Of a DNA stretch of 52,726 nucleotides, positions 12,501 to 24,986 are shown in pieces. The DNA is taken from assembly GCA_025201805.1 (NCBI GenBank), contig MU619291.1, positions 132,471 through 185,196 of the forward strand. The letters run 5' to 3'. The DNA is from Parasitella parasitica NRRL 2501. Taxonomy: Eukaryota; Fungi; Mucoromycota. Positions within the stretch are counted from its first letter, which is position 1, and every line of letters starts with the position of its first letter. The position numbers and the translations under genes were made by a program. Below the pieces are notes generated by a model. It was not told where the DNA came from and did not search any database. It saw only the letters and a list, made by a program, of their open reading frames with translations.

Positions 12501-13839
12501 TCTCGTCCTGAGCCTTCTTGGCCCTGGCTGACCGCTCCTCCTCCTCCTGCTGTTTGCGCTTCTTTTCAGCAAGCATCTCTGCTTCAGCTGCTGCACTGGC
12601 CTGGGCTGCTGCCTTTTGTTTTCTTTCCTCTGCCTCTGCTGCCTCACGACGTAGCGTGTCTCGCTTCTCTCGCATTGCTTCCAACCGTGCTCGCGCCTCA
12701 GTTTCGGCTTGGCGCATCCTTTTCTGCGCTGCTTTCTCCTCGTCACTAATTCTAGGGCCTTCCACAGCACTTGAGTCTGCTAAGGGAAGGCTTGCGATAG
12801 TTTGATCAGTTGCTTTTTTAACAAACAGCTTTTTGCGCTCCTCAATCCGCCTGTAAGCCTCTGCTTTTATGTCTGCGGCTGATCTGGGAGTGCCAGGTCG
12901 TTGAGATGTTGGAATGGGAGGTGGTGGTAGCGGTGTCGAGCTAATCTTGTAAGATGGAGAAAGTGGCGGAGGGAGAGGCGTAGACAATCCTGGTGCAGTG
13001 TTGTAGGATCTGTCCAATTGATCGATAAACCGGGCTACATAGTCATTGACATACAAGCCTTGCTCAAACATTTGCCTATCCTTCAGTTGCCTAGTGCCGG
13101 AATCCAACTCTTGATCCACCTTTTTCATATCCGTCTCCATGATACACTCCACCTCTCGCTGGATTTTCTTGACATCATCGATTATTCGGTTCGCTTGCAA
13201 TGTCACTGGTGCGTCGTAAGCCTCTGCTGCTAAAAGAGAAGGAGAATTTGCTGCAGATGTGTTTGCGCTTTTGTTCAGCCTTGCACTAACCATGGCTTGC
13301 GCTTTGGCTCGAATACGCTCAGACTCAGTCATCCCCGTCGTGTCCACATAATCGCTGCCACCATAATCAGCGGCAAGCACAACCTTCTTGACACGGGCAG
13401 CTTTCAATTGACACTGATTCAATGTTTCTGTTTCTTGATTCAGTTCTTCCTGTAGGCTCCTCATGCCGCTATTCAAGTAGTTAATTTCCTTTAGCAGGGC
13501 GTGTCTCTGATCAGCTATATCTTCCATCTGACGCAGGTTAAGCTGGTATCGAGCCCACCACTGTGCCGGGCTTTGTGTTGAAGAACGACCTCTATTAGCT
13601 GAAGCCTGCTGCTTCTCGTGTATTTCTTTGGAAACTGATGTGATGCGTCTCTTTAACTCCTCGATGCTAGAGTACTCGTCGTTCCCACTCAGGCTATAAG
13701 CATTGCTGTCGTCTTCGTTTATTCCGGTTGCAGCAGCCAAAAGCACTTTCTGTTCTCGTATCGACTTTCTTAATTCATCCAGCGTTGCAAGCTGATCAGA
13801 TCCCCCCCACGGATTTCTCAAAAATGTGGTATTATACAT
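9537..13839 (-). CDS. Coiled-coil + 2xSH3 + DH(RhoGEF) + PH protein, Pan1/intersectin-like (multi-exon)
   Basis: A 665-codon exon has a Pro-rich patch and a long E/K/R coiled coil. SH3s: YRVKTLYEYQGIREDDLSF...DWWYG...GFFPRTYV and FHVKTLYEF...DLGFYENE...DWWYG...GYFPKTYV. DH: ERKRQEAIFELISTERSYLCDL...FLLEPVQRITRYPLLL. PH: GALYKAKSGRKLHGFLFNDILL...QKRQWMSQI. Stop TGA at 9537-9539. An in-frame upstream exon (13909-13970) is possible. Confidence 0.88.
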
Positions 13840-16296
13840 GTATCTAGTTTATAAATAAACCAGTGCCTAGGTTTGCCGAAATGGAAGAAAGAAGGAATCA
13901 ACTCATACAACAAATGCAATTTATTTAACACCTCATCTTTGCGGAGTTGCCAGTGATAATGTATCTTCATTTCTTGATGTCTGTACAAGTAGCTTGCATT
14001 CTCGCATAGCTACATGGGGGTAAAATTGTAAATTTCATGGCAGCCTGTCTCTAGCGTTAGACGTACAAACATGCAGCTGATTCCTTACTGTAGACTCAAG
14101 CATTCACGCTTCAAACCCAAGCAACCGAACTTTATTGAGTTTCCGATAAAAAAAAACATCTGGGATAATCATGCAAAAAGAGGGCCTCAATTGAATGGCC
14201 CACAGCATTTCTATGGTCTAAAGAAGCAGCAATTAAATATCATCTGTTGAAGCTGCTTGAATATCATATTAGCCCTAGTACGTATAGGGCTCGTTTTCAT
14301 TTATTATGCTGATATATAGTCGATGAATACGTAATGAATGCATAGTTGATGGTAGACCTCTATAAAAATAAAAATGGCGTATTACAAGCAACGACTCTAG
14401 GCGTTACTGAGAAAATTTTCTTTGGTTCAATCAAAAACAGTTGGCATCGCATCGGCCGCCCAAGCGTCTTCTTTCAATAGCTTTTCCACAATCAAGACAC
14501 TTTATATACAGGACCATGTGTATTGACATCATTCTCAAGTTACATTTGGTTGTTTTAGTTTAATTACACCAATTTATTGCAGTGTAACTGGGTGTTTTTA
14601 ATGTGTTGACTATAGGAGACGGTACAAATATGATCAATGCGAGTTTGTGCGACACCCGGATAAGTTTCACTTGATCTAATCCTTATTATTCCAGTATTGC
14701 GTGTTGACTACCACAGCATAGAACCTACACAAAATGAATAGCCATTCAGTGCAAAAAAAAAAAAAAAAAAAATTGCCTGTTTTATACTATACGTGCTATG
14801 GCAGCACTTTTCTTAGCGTCCCAATGACGCTATAAAGCTTGCTTTTCCCAGCATGAGAAAGTTGTCCATGTGACAGATAATATCCCTCTTTCTCCTTAAC
14901 AACAGCAAACTATCTGTAAAAAACAAACAGTTGTGAAGGCATTGTCCGATAATATCGATTGCAAAGGACCAAGGTGCTCAAATGCAGATCAACGAAACGA
15001 AGATGTTCTCAGTTTGATACGTTAGTAATGTATCACCCTGTCACAAATCGTGGTACAACACAATATCTATAAAAAAAAAAAAAGACTCTACGAGACAATT
15101 GAACCAAGCAGATCACTCCCAAATTTAAATAAATAGCATTAGAAGAAAAAGAAATATATGCCTGTATCATTTTCAACTTGTTGGGCCTTTCTTTTTTTTT
15201 TTTTTTTTTTTTTCACCCTCTGAATTTATTTTTTTTTTTTTTTTATTTTTTTTTTTTTTCATGTGTTTAACTCAGGGATAATTTCGATGCAGTGCATCTC
15301 ACGTTCTATGATGCCCTTGAATTTTCTGTATTTTTATAATAATGAAATTGAGCTTATCGCTGTAACGTCTCAGTGTTACCACAAAATAAGGATATTATTA
15401 CTATAACGAAATAATTCGGGAGTCCATTGTAATGGGTACACAACACCTCATACATGATGGACTATTGATTTATAAGGAATTGAGAATATTTATACAGATA
15501 AAAAGCGGGGAAGTCGACTATTTTTGACATAGTCTGATTTTTTATTGGCAAGACAGTATATATCTTCAATATCATGTATAGACATCGATTTGAAATAGAG
15601 GCACACAATGTCAATTTTACGCATATACAAGGAAAGATATGTTGCAACTACCATAAATGTAGATAATGCGACTTTGATCATCATATTTGTTCCCTTTTAT
15701 TGTGGTATATCTTTACCACGTCATCTGAGAACACAATTGTGTATCATTTCCCATTATTCGTTGCCTATGGGACGCTATATACATTTTTTTTTAGAGGTTA
15801 TTGGTACAAGGATCCAATGATGGTACATATCGTACATGTGTATTAGATTTCCATCTTTTCATAGCATTTACACAAGTTACGGAGTGTATAAAACCGTCTG
15901 TACATCAATGACTAAAAAAGTAGCAGGAAAATATAAACAAAAACGCTTTACACCATCTTGTTTACTAACTGGGTAAAGTATTTCGTATTTTTTACTTACA
16001 CCAAGCCAGAAGTAGCAATCTCAGGTTGATCCAGGAACGAAAAATATTCAAGCTCCACTAAAAGCTTTGTGAATATTTGCATGTTCTGCTTTTTTTTTTT
16101 GACATTAATTTCTGTGATACAGTGATCTTTTAATATTATGCTATATGCCTTGTAAAACAACAGTGGTTATAAATAAAACTCTATAAAATATGCTAACTAT
16201 ATAAAAAGCTACTTGTATTCCTCAATCTCCTTCACCATCTAGGATTAAGATAAAAAAGATAGAAAAATAATAGTTGTTGTTTTTTTTTTTTTTTTT

Positions 16297-16331
16297 NNNN
16301 NNNNNNNNNNNNNNNNNNNNNNNNNNNNNNN
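16297..16331. other. Assembly gap (Ns) after poly-T
   Basis: Run of n characters. Confidence 1.
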
Positions 16332-16773
16332 TACTATGATGCCGTAGATCAAATGCAGACGTATGCAGGTCATGAAATTAAGAAACCATGGTGATATTCA
16401 AGAGACAAAAAAAGAGGCCCCAGCACAGTAATATACGCTTATTAGATAAATGGTATCGGATTGTACGAAGCTCAAGTTGTGTGGGTATTTCACATGAATT
16501 ATGAAATGCAAATGTCTATTCAGTCATTTCAAGTTTTTGTATTCCACCCCCAAAAAAACAAAAGGAAAATGTATATATAATAAGCATGTCAAAACAGTAA
16601 ACTTCTGTAAATCTTACATCTTTTTTTTTTTTTTGCTCCCCCCCCCCCTCTCTCGTTGTTATCGTCCTACAGCTGTTGGGATCTTGTAACTTTAAATCAG
16701 CATAGTTATTCTTTTCTCAAACTCCAACTTTGATTTACTATTCTTTTCTCCTTTCTCTAACAACCACTCCTAA

Positions 16774-19700
16774 ATGGTCGCTGATCATTTAAACCAGCAC
16801 ACAGCACATGACGTTGCTCCAATTCCGTACGACAACGACAGCAACGACGACAACCACCATCTGCCCAGCGACCACGATGATCATGTCTTGCGCTCCAACA
16901 GCAACGATCTAATGGAAGAGTACTCTGAAAAGCCAGCTGCCCCTCCAAAGCGTCGATTTTACAAGAAGAAAAAGTATTGGATCATATGTGCCATCATCAC
17001 TGCCATTGTTATTGTGGTGGTAGTTTGTTTAGCCATTTTTGTTTTCTTCCCTATGATTGCTCAATCTCTCATGAATCAATCCAGGATTGGAGTCAATAAT
17101 GCCCAGATTACGTTCAATAAGCCTGGTGCTCTTGACGGACAGACTTACAGCAAACGTGATGGCGATAATATGAATACAACGTTTTACATGAACATGGAGA
17201 GCTCCCTCAGCAACACGGGCCCATTCTCTGCTGATATCAAGTTCCATAATCCAATCGATGTTCTTTACAAAGATCAACTATTAGGCAACATTTACCTGTA
17301 CAATAACACTCATATCTCTGGCGGCTCTGGCTCTTTAAATGCAATCACTCCATTCTTGATCAGAGATCAAGCTGCGTTTTCTGCTTTTGCTAAGGATATG
17401 CTGGCCGTCGATGAGTTCAAGTGGACGCTGCGAGGAAAACTCGACATTACTGCTCTTACTAGGTATGAATAATTGCGCTAGACTTGGTTTCACTGCAGAC
17501 ACTAATCTTTTCTTTTTTTTTTCATACGCTTGCATCGCACATAATAGGACAGCTACCGTCAATCTGGACAAAGAGATTACTTTGAACGGCATGAATGGCT
17601 TCCCTAATGTCAAGATTGAGTCGTTCCAGCTTCCTGGTGATGACCCTGCTGGCGGCATCCTCGTAGAGCTTGGTACTGTTCTTACAAGTCCTTCTCCCAT
17701 TGGCGTTCAATTAGGCACAATCGCTCTCGCTATCGGTTACGACGGTGTGGCTCTAGGGAACGTCAAGGCGGAAAACGTCAACTTGCAAAAGGGTGAAAAC
17801 AAGATACTCCTGAAGGGTACGCTGGTGCCTCATAATGACACTGCTTCCCTTGACAAGGTGGGCCGCTTGTTCTCCAATTATGTGTCTGGTGTTATCTCCA
17901 ATACCTCGGCCACCGGTATTTCTGCTGCTCCCGACGGTGTTAATGCCATTGATTGGCTTTCTGAGGGATTCAAAACCGTACAGCTGAATGTCGCTTTGGG
18001 CGCTCCTGAGCCGCTCAAGATTATCAATGCTGTGAGCATGGGCTATCTTGACCTAAAGTTCGATCCAAGTAGTCCTTACAGCCCCATCGTAACTGCTCCT
18101 AATGTCAATGCTAATTTCGAAATTCCATTTGGCTTTTCATTGAATATTACGCAAGTAACTCAGAACATCTCTCTCGCTGTCAACACCTCTGGTACTCAAA
18201 CCACTGATTTCGCCATGATTCAGGTGCCTCTGGTGCCTGCTGTCAGCGACCAAAAGGCCGGCACGCTTAAGTTTGCTATTGATAACAGCGCTATTGCTGG
18301 TATTCCTGGCCAAGAATCAGTATTTAACGAGTACACATATGCTTTAACTGCCTCTGACAATTACACTTTTATGATTTCTGGCAACGCTTCCACCAAGACA
18401 CAGACTCCCCTCGGTCCCATTACATTGAGCGGAATCTCCTTTACTGTGCCTACTACACTGCACGGTCTTCAGTTTCTGAACAGCACTGCTACTGTCATCA
18501 ATGCTCTCGATGTTACTGGTGGCACTAGCGAAAACCTCCTGCTTGGCATCAATGTTACTATGGTAAATCCATCGGATTTCAGCATCTCTACCGGCGATGT
18601 AAATTTCGTCATGGGCGCTAGCGAGACTGATCTCGGTCTCGTCACTTTACGTAATCTTTCTTTGGCTCGTGGAGCAAACACTGTGCTGGCCGAAGCTACA
18701 TTTGACCCTAGATCCTCTGATGTTGGACAGAACTTGTTGAGTACCTTTGTCATGGGTCAAGATAATGGCGTCCAAATCTCTGGCAACAAAAACTCTACTT
18801 CAATTGCCTCTCTTGCTGGTCCTTTGAGCGTCGTAAGTCTCGGTTCTACTCTTCCTGGGCTCAAAACGGCCCTGATCCAGGGCGGCGCCTTGTCTGTCTT
18901 GCCAGACACTACCAAGACTGGTATCGTGGGTGTCAAGGTGTCTATTGCTAATCCTTTCACTGCTGGTTTGGCCATCACCAAGGTTACGGCTGCTGCTACG
19001 TTTGTTGGTATGCCTGTTGGTAATATTGACCAGGATATTAGCAGTAGCCCATTTGTTGTGCCTGGCAAAAACACTTCTCAGTCCCAAGACTTGGACATGA
19101 GCATGAACATCGAGCCAGCTTCTATAGCCTTGTTGCTGCGCTCACTTGCTGTTCAGGCCAATATGGATACCAAATCTCTGGATGCTCTGTTAGGCTTAGG
19201 TGGCTTCAAGATTGCCGGTCAAGAAGAAGTTTCTGCTGATGCTAGTATGTTTACGAACTTTAACATTTCTAGCTATGTTCTGGATGCTATGAAGGCTCTC
19301 AAAGTCGATTTGTCGCTTTCGTCTGGCCTGACTATTGGCGAGTACTCTTCTGATTTGGCATTTTCTCAGCAGAACGTTGCCATATCTACAGATAACTCTG
19401 TCACGCAACTCATTCCTATTGTTGGCCAGCCTATTGTGCAACAAATCGTAGATGGCGCTGTACTTGCCTTTGAGAGTGTCATTCTGTCTGCCCCTACTAA
19501 CAACGATTTCACGGTTCAGATGAAAGGAAGCATTACTAAATCTGGCCCTATGGACGCCATCATTAGTTTCCCTACTCCTCTTAACGTCGCATGGCAGGGT
19601 AAGACACTCGGTACTGTCTCCATGCCTGATATCAATGCCAAAGCTGATGTGGGCGCTTCATTCGATGTCACTGGTAAATTCACTATTGCCAGCACAGGCG

Positions 19701-21948
19701 ATATGGGTGAATTTGCTGCCTACATGATCAATAACCAAGAATTTGTCTGGGATATCACTACGCAAGATGTCAGTGTCAGTGCTCTTGGTTTTACCTTTAC
19801 AAAGATTACCATGGAGAAATTCATCACGCTGGCTGGCGCTAACGGATTCAAGGATGCTGTTACCATTAATTCGTTTGACTTGCCCTCTAATGATCCTGCT
19901 GGTGGTATCACTCTTACTGCGCAAACGTCCATCAAGAATCCCAGTCAGGTTGGCTTCAACCTTGCTGGTGTTGCATTTGAGACTGTATATAAAGGCATCG
20001 ACCTCGGCCCTCTTGCGTCCAACGGCGCTGCTGTCTTCCCTCCCCAGGGCACGGCTGCTATTGCTATGAAGGGTCGCTTGGTCCCTCAAGATTCTGCTGC
20101 GGGGCTCGCTGCTATCACAGAAGTTTTCGACAATTATCTTGGTGCCAATGATTCTCTCGTTGATGTCAAGGGCGTCTCAGGTTCTGGACCTAACGGAGAA
20201 GTTGGCTGGCTCTCTAGCGCTTTCAAGACGCTGACTATCCAAAATGTTGTACTGCCTGGCCCCAAGACCAAGCCCGAGTTGATTCCAGCCATTACCATGA
20301 AGGACATGCAGCTTGATTTCACAAAAGATCAATGGGCTCCTCCTACTGGGTCCAACAACGTACAGGCGCAGCTCAAAAGTCCGTTTGGTTTCCCTCTTGG
20401 TGTCAGCCAGCTTAACATGGCGGTTACTGCTAAATATCAGGGCAGCGATGTTGCTTCTCTTGCTGTTCCTGACGAAAAAGCCACCACGAGTGCTTCTGGG
20501 CTGGTCACCACTCAGTTCAAGGATATACCCTTCAAGGTCATTGACAAAACTATTTTCACGGGCTTTGTTCAGCTCTTGACTATGAGTCCTAGTGTCACTT
20601 TTGGCTTAGAAGGCACCACCAACGCCATTGCCGAAACTGCTGTTGGTGCCCTCAGTCTGAAAAACATAGGCTTTAACGTCGATACTACACTAGCTGGTAT
20701 GTATGCTGTAGAGCTGCATGCGACTGCACATGCACTAAACTTTTGTGATTAGGTCTCAATAACTTTGGCGGCAAGCTTGTCATCAACACCATCGAGGTTG
20801 TTGGCGGCACATCTGAATACATTATTATTGACATAACATTTACAATGACTAATCCTTCCAATATCACTATTACGGTCGGTGACATCAATTTTGATGTTGT
20901 CATGAATGAATTCAATGCGGTCGTTGGCCGAGTCTATCTCAAGGATGTTGTCATCCCACCTGGCGGAAAGGTCTACAGCACAGAAATGCACCTAGGCGAG
21001 AAGAGCTCTAACTCAAAAGCTGTCAGCCAAATGCTCGGAAATTACTTGACATCTGCCAAGATTCCCCTGACTATCCAAGGCTCATCCGAGTCGACAAAGA
21101 TCGCTCCCTTAAATCCTGCTTTGAACTCTGTTAAGCTTGCTACCGAAATGGCTGGCATTGCTGGTAACTTGATCAGTCAAATCGCTGTCAAGGGCAGCAT
21201 CATTGGCCTTTTGATCCAAAATAAGGGCTCTGCTTCAATCACCCTCAAAAATCCTTTGAAAACGCCATTTGCCATCAAGTCTGTCAAGGCCGCTGTAGTG
21301 TTTAAACCTTCCTCTGGTGCTTCTCCTTTCACTGTTGGTACCATTGATTATAACCTTCCCAGCCCTGCTACTGTCCCTGCTCAAGGCCAAATGACTACTG
21401 ATGAATGGCCTGTCAAAATCGAAGGCTCTGGCATCGAACATCTTGGTCAAATGCTTGGGTTGTTACTTGATCCTGCAAAGTATTTCGATGTGCAGCAAAA
21501 TGTAACAGTCTCTGTTGGCGATGGCTACAATACTGAAATGTTTTATTACCAAGACAAGGTTCCTTTCACTATTCAGATTGATGCTCTTCCTCCGATCGGT
21601 ATTACTGCCAGTTCGCTCTCTAGTTTGTCTCTTCCTTCTATCCTCTCTTCTACCACGGATCCCAATCTCTTGGAACAGACAATCAAGGATATCTTGAGTG
21701 GAAAGTCTCCTGCAAGCAGCAGTGCTATTTCCTCCGTGGCTAATGCCACATCTACTGCAGCCAGCTCTTCTTCTGCTAAAGCTACTGACACTACTATCAC
21801 AACTACGACTGCAGTCGAAGATGAAAAGACAACGACCAAGTCGACACCTACTGCCACTACAGACTCCAAATCTACTACAACTTCTAGTACAACTTCTGAG
21901 GCTGTGGAGACAACCACAAAAAAGCCGCTGTTCTCTCTACCTTTCTGA
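16774..21948 (+). CDS. Large type II membrane protein with tandem DUF3712/LEA-2-like beta-sandwich repeats (Tag1-like), 3 exons, ~1677 aa
   Basis: Exons 16774-17462, 17548-20696 and 20753-21948 join in frame (5034 nt). A basic stretch KRRFYKKKK precedes a single TM (WIICAIITAIVIVVVVCLAIFVFFPMIAQ). Repeated motifs FQLPGDDPAGGI/FDLPSNDPAGGI and many xNPS/NPF beta-turns follow, then a Ser/Thr-rich tail. Confidence 0.85.
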
Positions 21949-22967
21949 GCAGAGTGTCTTTTATCAGAGGATGTATTGGAATTTCATTACATTCACATTT
22001 GATATAATATCGCACGCCACTCATTCACTTTTTCCACTCTTTAAAAATATACGTATCGTACTTATCTCTTAAAACACACACATATTTATAATCATCTTTA
22101 TCCTTTCCCAATACAATCAATTTACTAATTTAAGAATTAAAACCATTAATTATTACAAGACAAGCTGCTTTGTATTCTTTATGGTTTCCTAGGTATATAT
22201 TCTGTTAATTTTTTTTGCAACTAGCTATGTAACCTTTCAAACCAATCATGTCTCCAATCTTGGGCCATTTCATGAGGGGCTTCAACACTTTAGGCAGACC
22301 GAACTTGCGTTTGATCATGATGGTTTCACCGAATGGATCACAGTTGATCAAATTAACAATAAGAAATTGATACTAACATCAGGGATACGACATTGTGTGA
22401 ATAATATCCGGAATGTCGCCTACTGTCTTTGTGCTGTATACCAAGCGCTTTGAGAGCTGTTGAGCTTAACTGTGTACGTAAATTTAGGCTTCCTTCTTGA
22501 TTTATAGAATTGCTATTTACAAACCGGGTAATGAACTGCTCCAGGATTCTTTGGATTGTACGCAGAGTCTTTATTATGGATTAACAGAGCGTTTTGTGGC
22601 AGGATTCGAGAAAGACGTGGAAGCAAGAGACTATGTATATTTCTATGTTTGTTCATGCTTCTTTGATAACTGGTAAGCGAACCAGGATAGATTTTGCAAT
22701 TACATAAACATCAAATGATGGCACAACTAAAAAAAAAAAAAATGCTGCAGTGATGTATTGCTCTCTGTTTTATGATACGGAATTCGTATGCTTTTCAGCT
22801 TATTCACTCGATTTTTTGTTGTCATGTATGCTTATGAATGAACTCATCATTATGCAAAAGTCCTGATCGCTTGTAGCTTAAGCCAGTCACTGGTGATACT
22901 TAAAATCTACGTTCTGCTGGATGTGTTCGTAATCCTTTTCCTTCATCTCGACACACTTGATTCATAC

Positions 22968-24354
22968 ATGGTATTTTCGCTGCTGAATAATCAACAATGC
23001 GTTCCTCATGACATTTGTAGTTTAACAACTTTGACGACGATGATGCATTTGCCACACCTTTCTTTGGCGGCTTACGCCCAAACCTTGGGGGCTTTGTGAA
23101 TCCCAACAGAGGCTTCTCAGAGACATATCGCTGTTTCCCGATAGCAATGATGCAGAGTGGAAGCGACCGAGAGAATGTAAATTATGGCGGAAAAAGTAAA
23201 TGTTGATACGGTGTCGCATGGCATGATGATTTCTAACTGCAAGTCTTGTAGTTATTTTACCCCAGTCTGCGTTGGAGAAACTCTGTAAGTAGTGGACGAC
23301 CATTGACAGATAGCAGCTAACAGCTTCCATAAAAGCACAACTCAATATATCATATCCCATGTTGTTCAAGCTAATTAATGGTGCGGAAAAGAAGCACAGC
23401 CATGCAGGCGTCCTTGAATTTATCGCTGAAGAAGGGCGAGTTTATTTGCCACAATGGGTACGATATTATCTCTCTCTCTCTCTCTCTCTTTCGATCGCAT
23501 TTGCAGTGTAACTGATTGTTTATGATCTGATTCTAGATGATGGAAACATTAGGGACGGAACCTGGAAGTCTGATTGAAATAAAAAATGTGACACTGCCAC
23601 TTGGTTCTTTTGTCAAGATTCAACCACAATCCACCGACTTTTTGGACATCAGTGATCACCGTGCTGTGTAAGTACAATGCTGTGTTTATTTACGAGGAAA
23701 GGTGTATTCATTTCAACCACAGACTCGAAAAAGCGTTGCGTAATTTCTCAACGCTGACAGTGGGCGATATGGTGCAAATCAACTACAACAACAGAGTGTA
23801 TGAGATTCAAGTCATGGAGGTAAAGCCACATTTTGAAGACCATCACGGTATTTCTATTGTGGAGACCGATTTAGAAGTGGATTTTGCGCCGCCTGTAGGC
23901 TATGTAGAGCCAAGCAGCCAAACACCAGCACAGCCAGCGGTAATTTGTGATAGATCTCTACATGATTCAACGTGCTTTTACTTAATATATTCGCCTGCTG
24001 TAGAAGAGTCGCATGGTAATCGATTCACCCAAGCCTGTCAAAACTGGCTTTGCGGCATTTGAGGGAGGAGGCCAAAGCCTTCGAGGAAAAAACAAAGGGT
24101 TAGTGCAGGTAGAATTTTTGTGATTAAATGGTGCGATTGACATACATGAACGAAACAGGCCATTAGTGGACACTTGCAGTGGCATGAATACACATGACAA
24201 TGACGAAAACGAGGACGGGCCATTCAATTTACCCTTTGGTCAGCTTTACTTTGGGTTCCCTGTCGTGCCTCCACCATCTGAGAATGACAAGACAGAAAAC
24301 AAGAAAAGTATGTTTGCAGGGTCAGGTCAAACTTTGCGCACAAAGAAAAAATAA
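22968..24354 (+). CDS. ufd1: Ubiquitin fusion degradation protein Ufd1 (Cdc48/p97 cofactor), multi-exon
   Basis: Spliced sequence: M|FNNF...[13 protein letters not shown]...RENVNYGGK|[11 protein letters not shown]|[13 protein letters not shown]...[19 protein letters not shown]|...[15 protein letters not shown]...[24 protein letters not shown]-like boxes FEGGGQSLR and FAGSGQTLR are present. Confidence 0.95.
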
Positions 24355-24986
24355 GCTCTACAATAGAATACACATATAAAAAGAGCTTATCGTACAACGC
24401 ATGAATAAAGCAAAAAAAAAGACGACATTTTGATATACGAATATTGCTTCAACAACACCATCGATTGATTTTTTTTAACGGTTTTCCGTGTTCTCTGGTA
24501 TGTGTACTCGACATATTATGCGTGGAATATTTTATTTCGTGAGGGTATCTTGAAAAAAGGAAAAAAAAAAAGTTGGAGAATGTGTCAGTTTCCTCGAAAT
24601 CGACTTGCCTCTAATGCATATACTAAATGTAAATGGCAATGACCCAGTAAGTATGCTAATTACGGCTCGGATTTCATGATCAGACAGAAATGCATGATTC
24701 TATAATGAGGAGTAGCAGATGGTATAAGGGGGGGAATTGACCATTCATGCGGTAGTTGTACTTTATAGTAATGCACTCAAGGAGTTAAAAATGAGCATAG
24801 TTTTGATAAGACCCACACTGCGTGTATTTATGTAAACAGAGCAAGACCTTTGACAAAGAAAGTAACGTGGCTCAATGGTCATACAAAAGCGAAATAACCA
24901 CGTTTTGCACAACGGGGATTCAATAAAAACCGATAAATAACAATTGGAAACTGTTTTCTCTTCTTCTTCCAGGATACCAAACTACT

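Noticed and set aside
15460-15820. Short ORFs in the large divergent intergenic region
   Set aside because: No motif, a mixed-strand ORF pattern and AT-rich composition; not supportable as genes.
17387-17547. N-terminus of the 1121-aa ORF as an independent gene start
   Set aside because: It runs through intron 17463-17547; the true frame continues from exon 16774-17462.
23468-23488. (CT)n microsatellite in a ufd1 intron and many poly-A/T runs
   Set aside because: These are ordinary simple repeats for this kind of genome.
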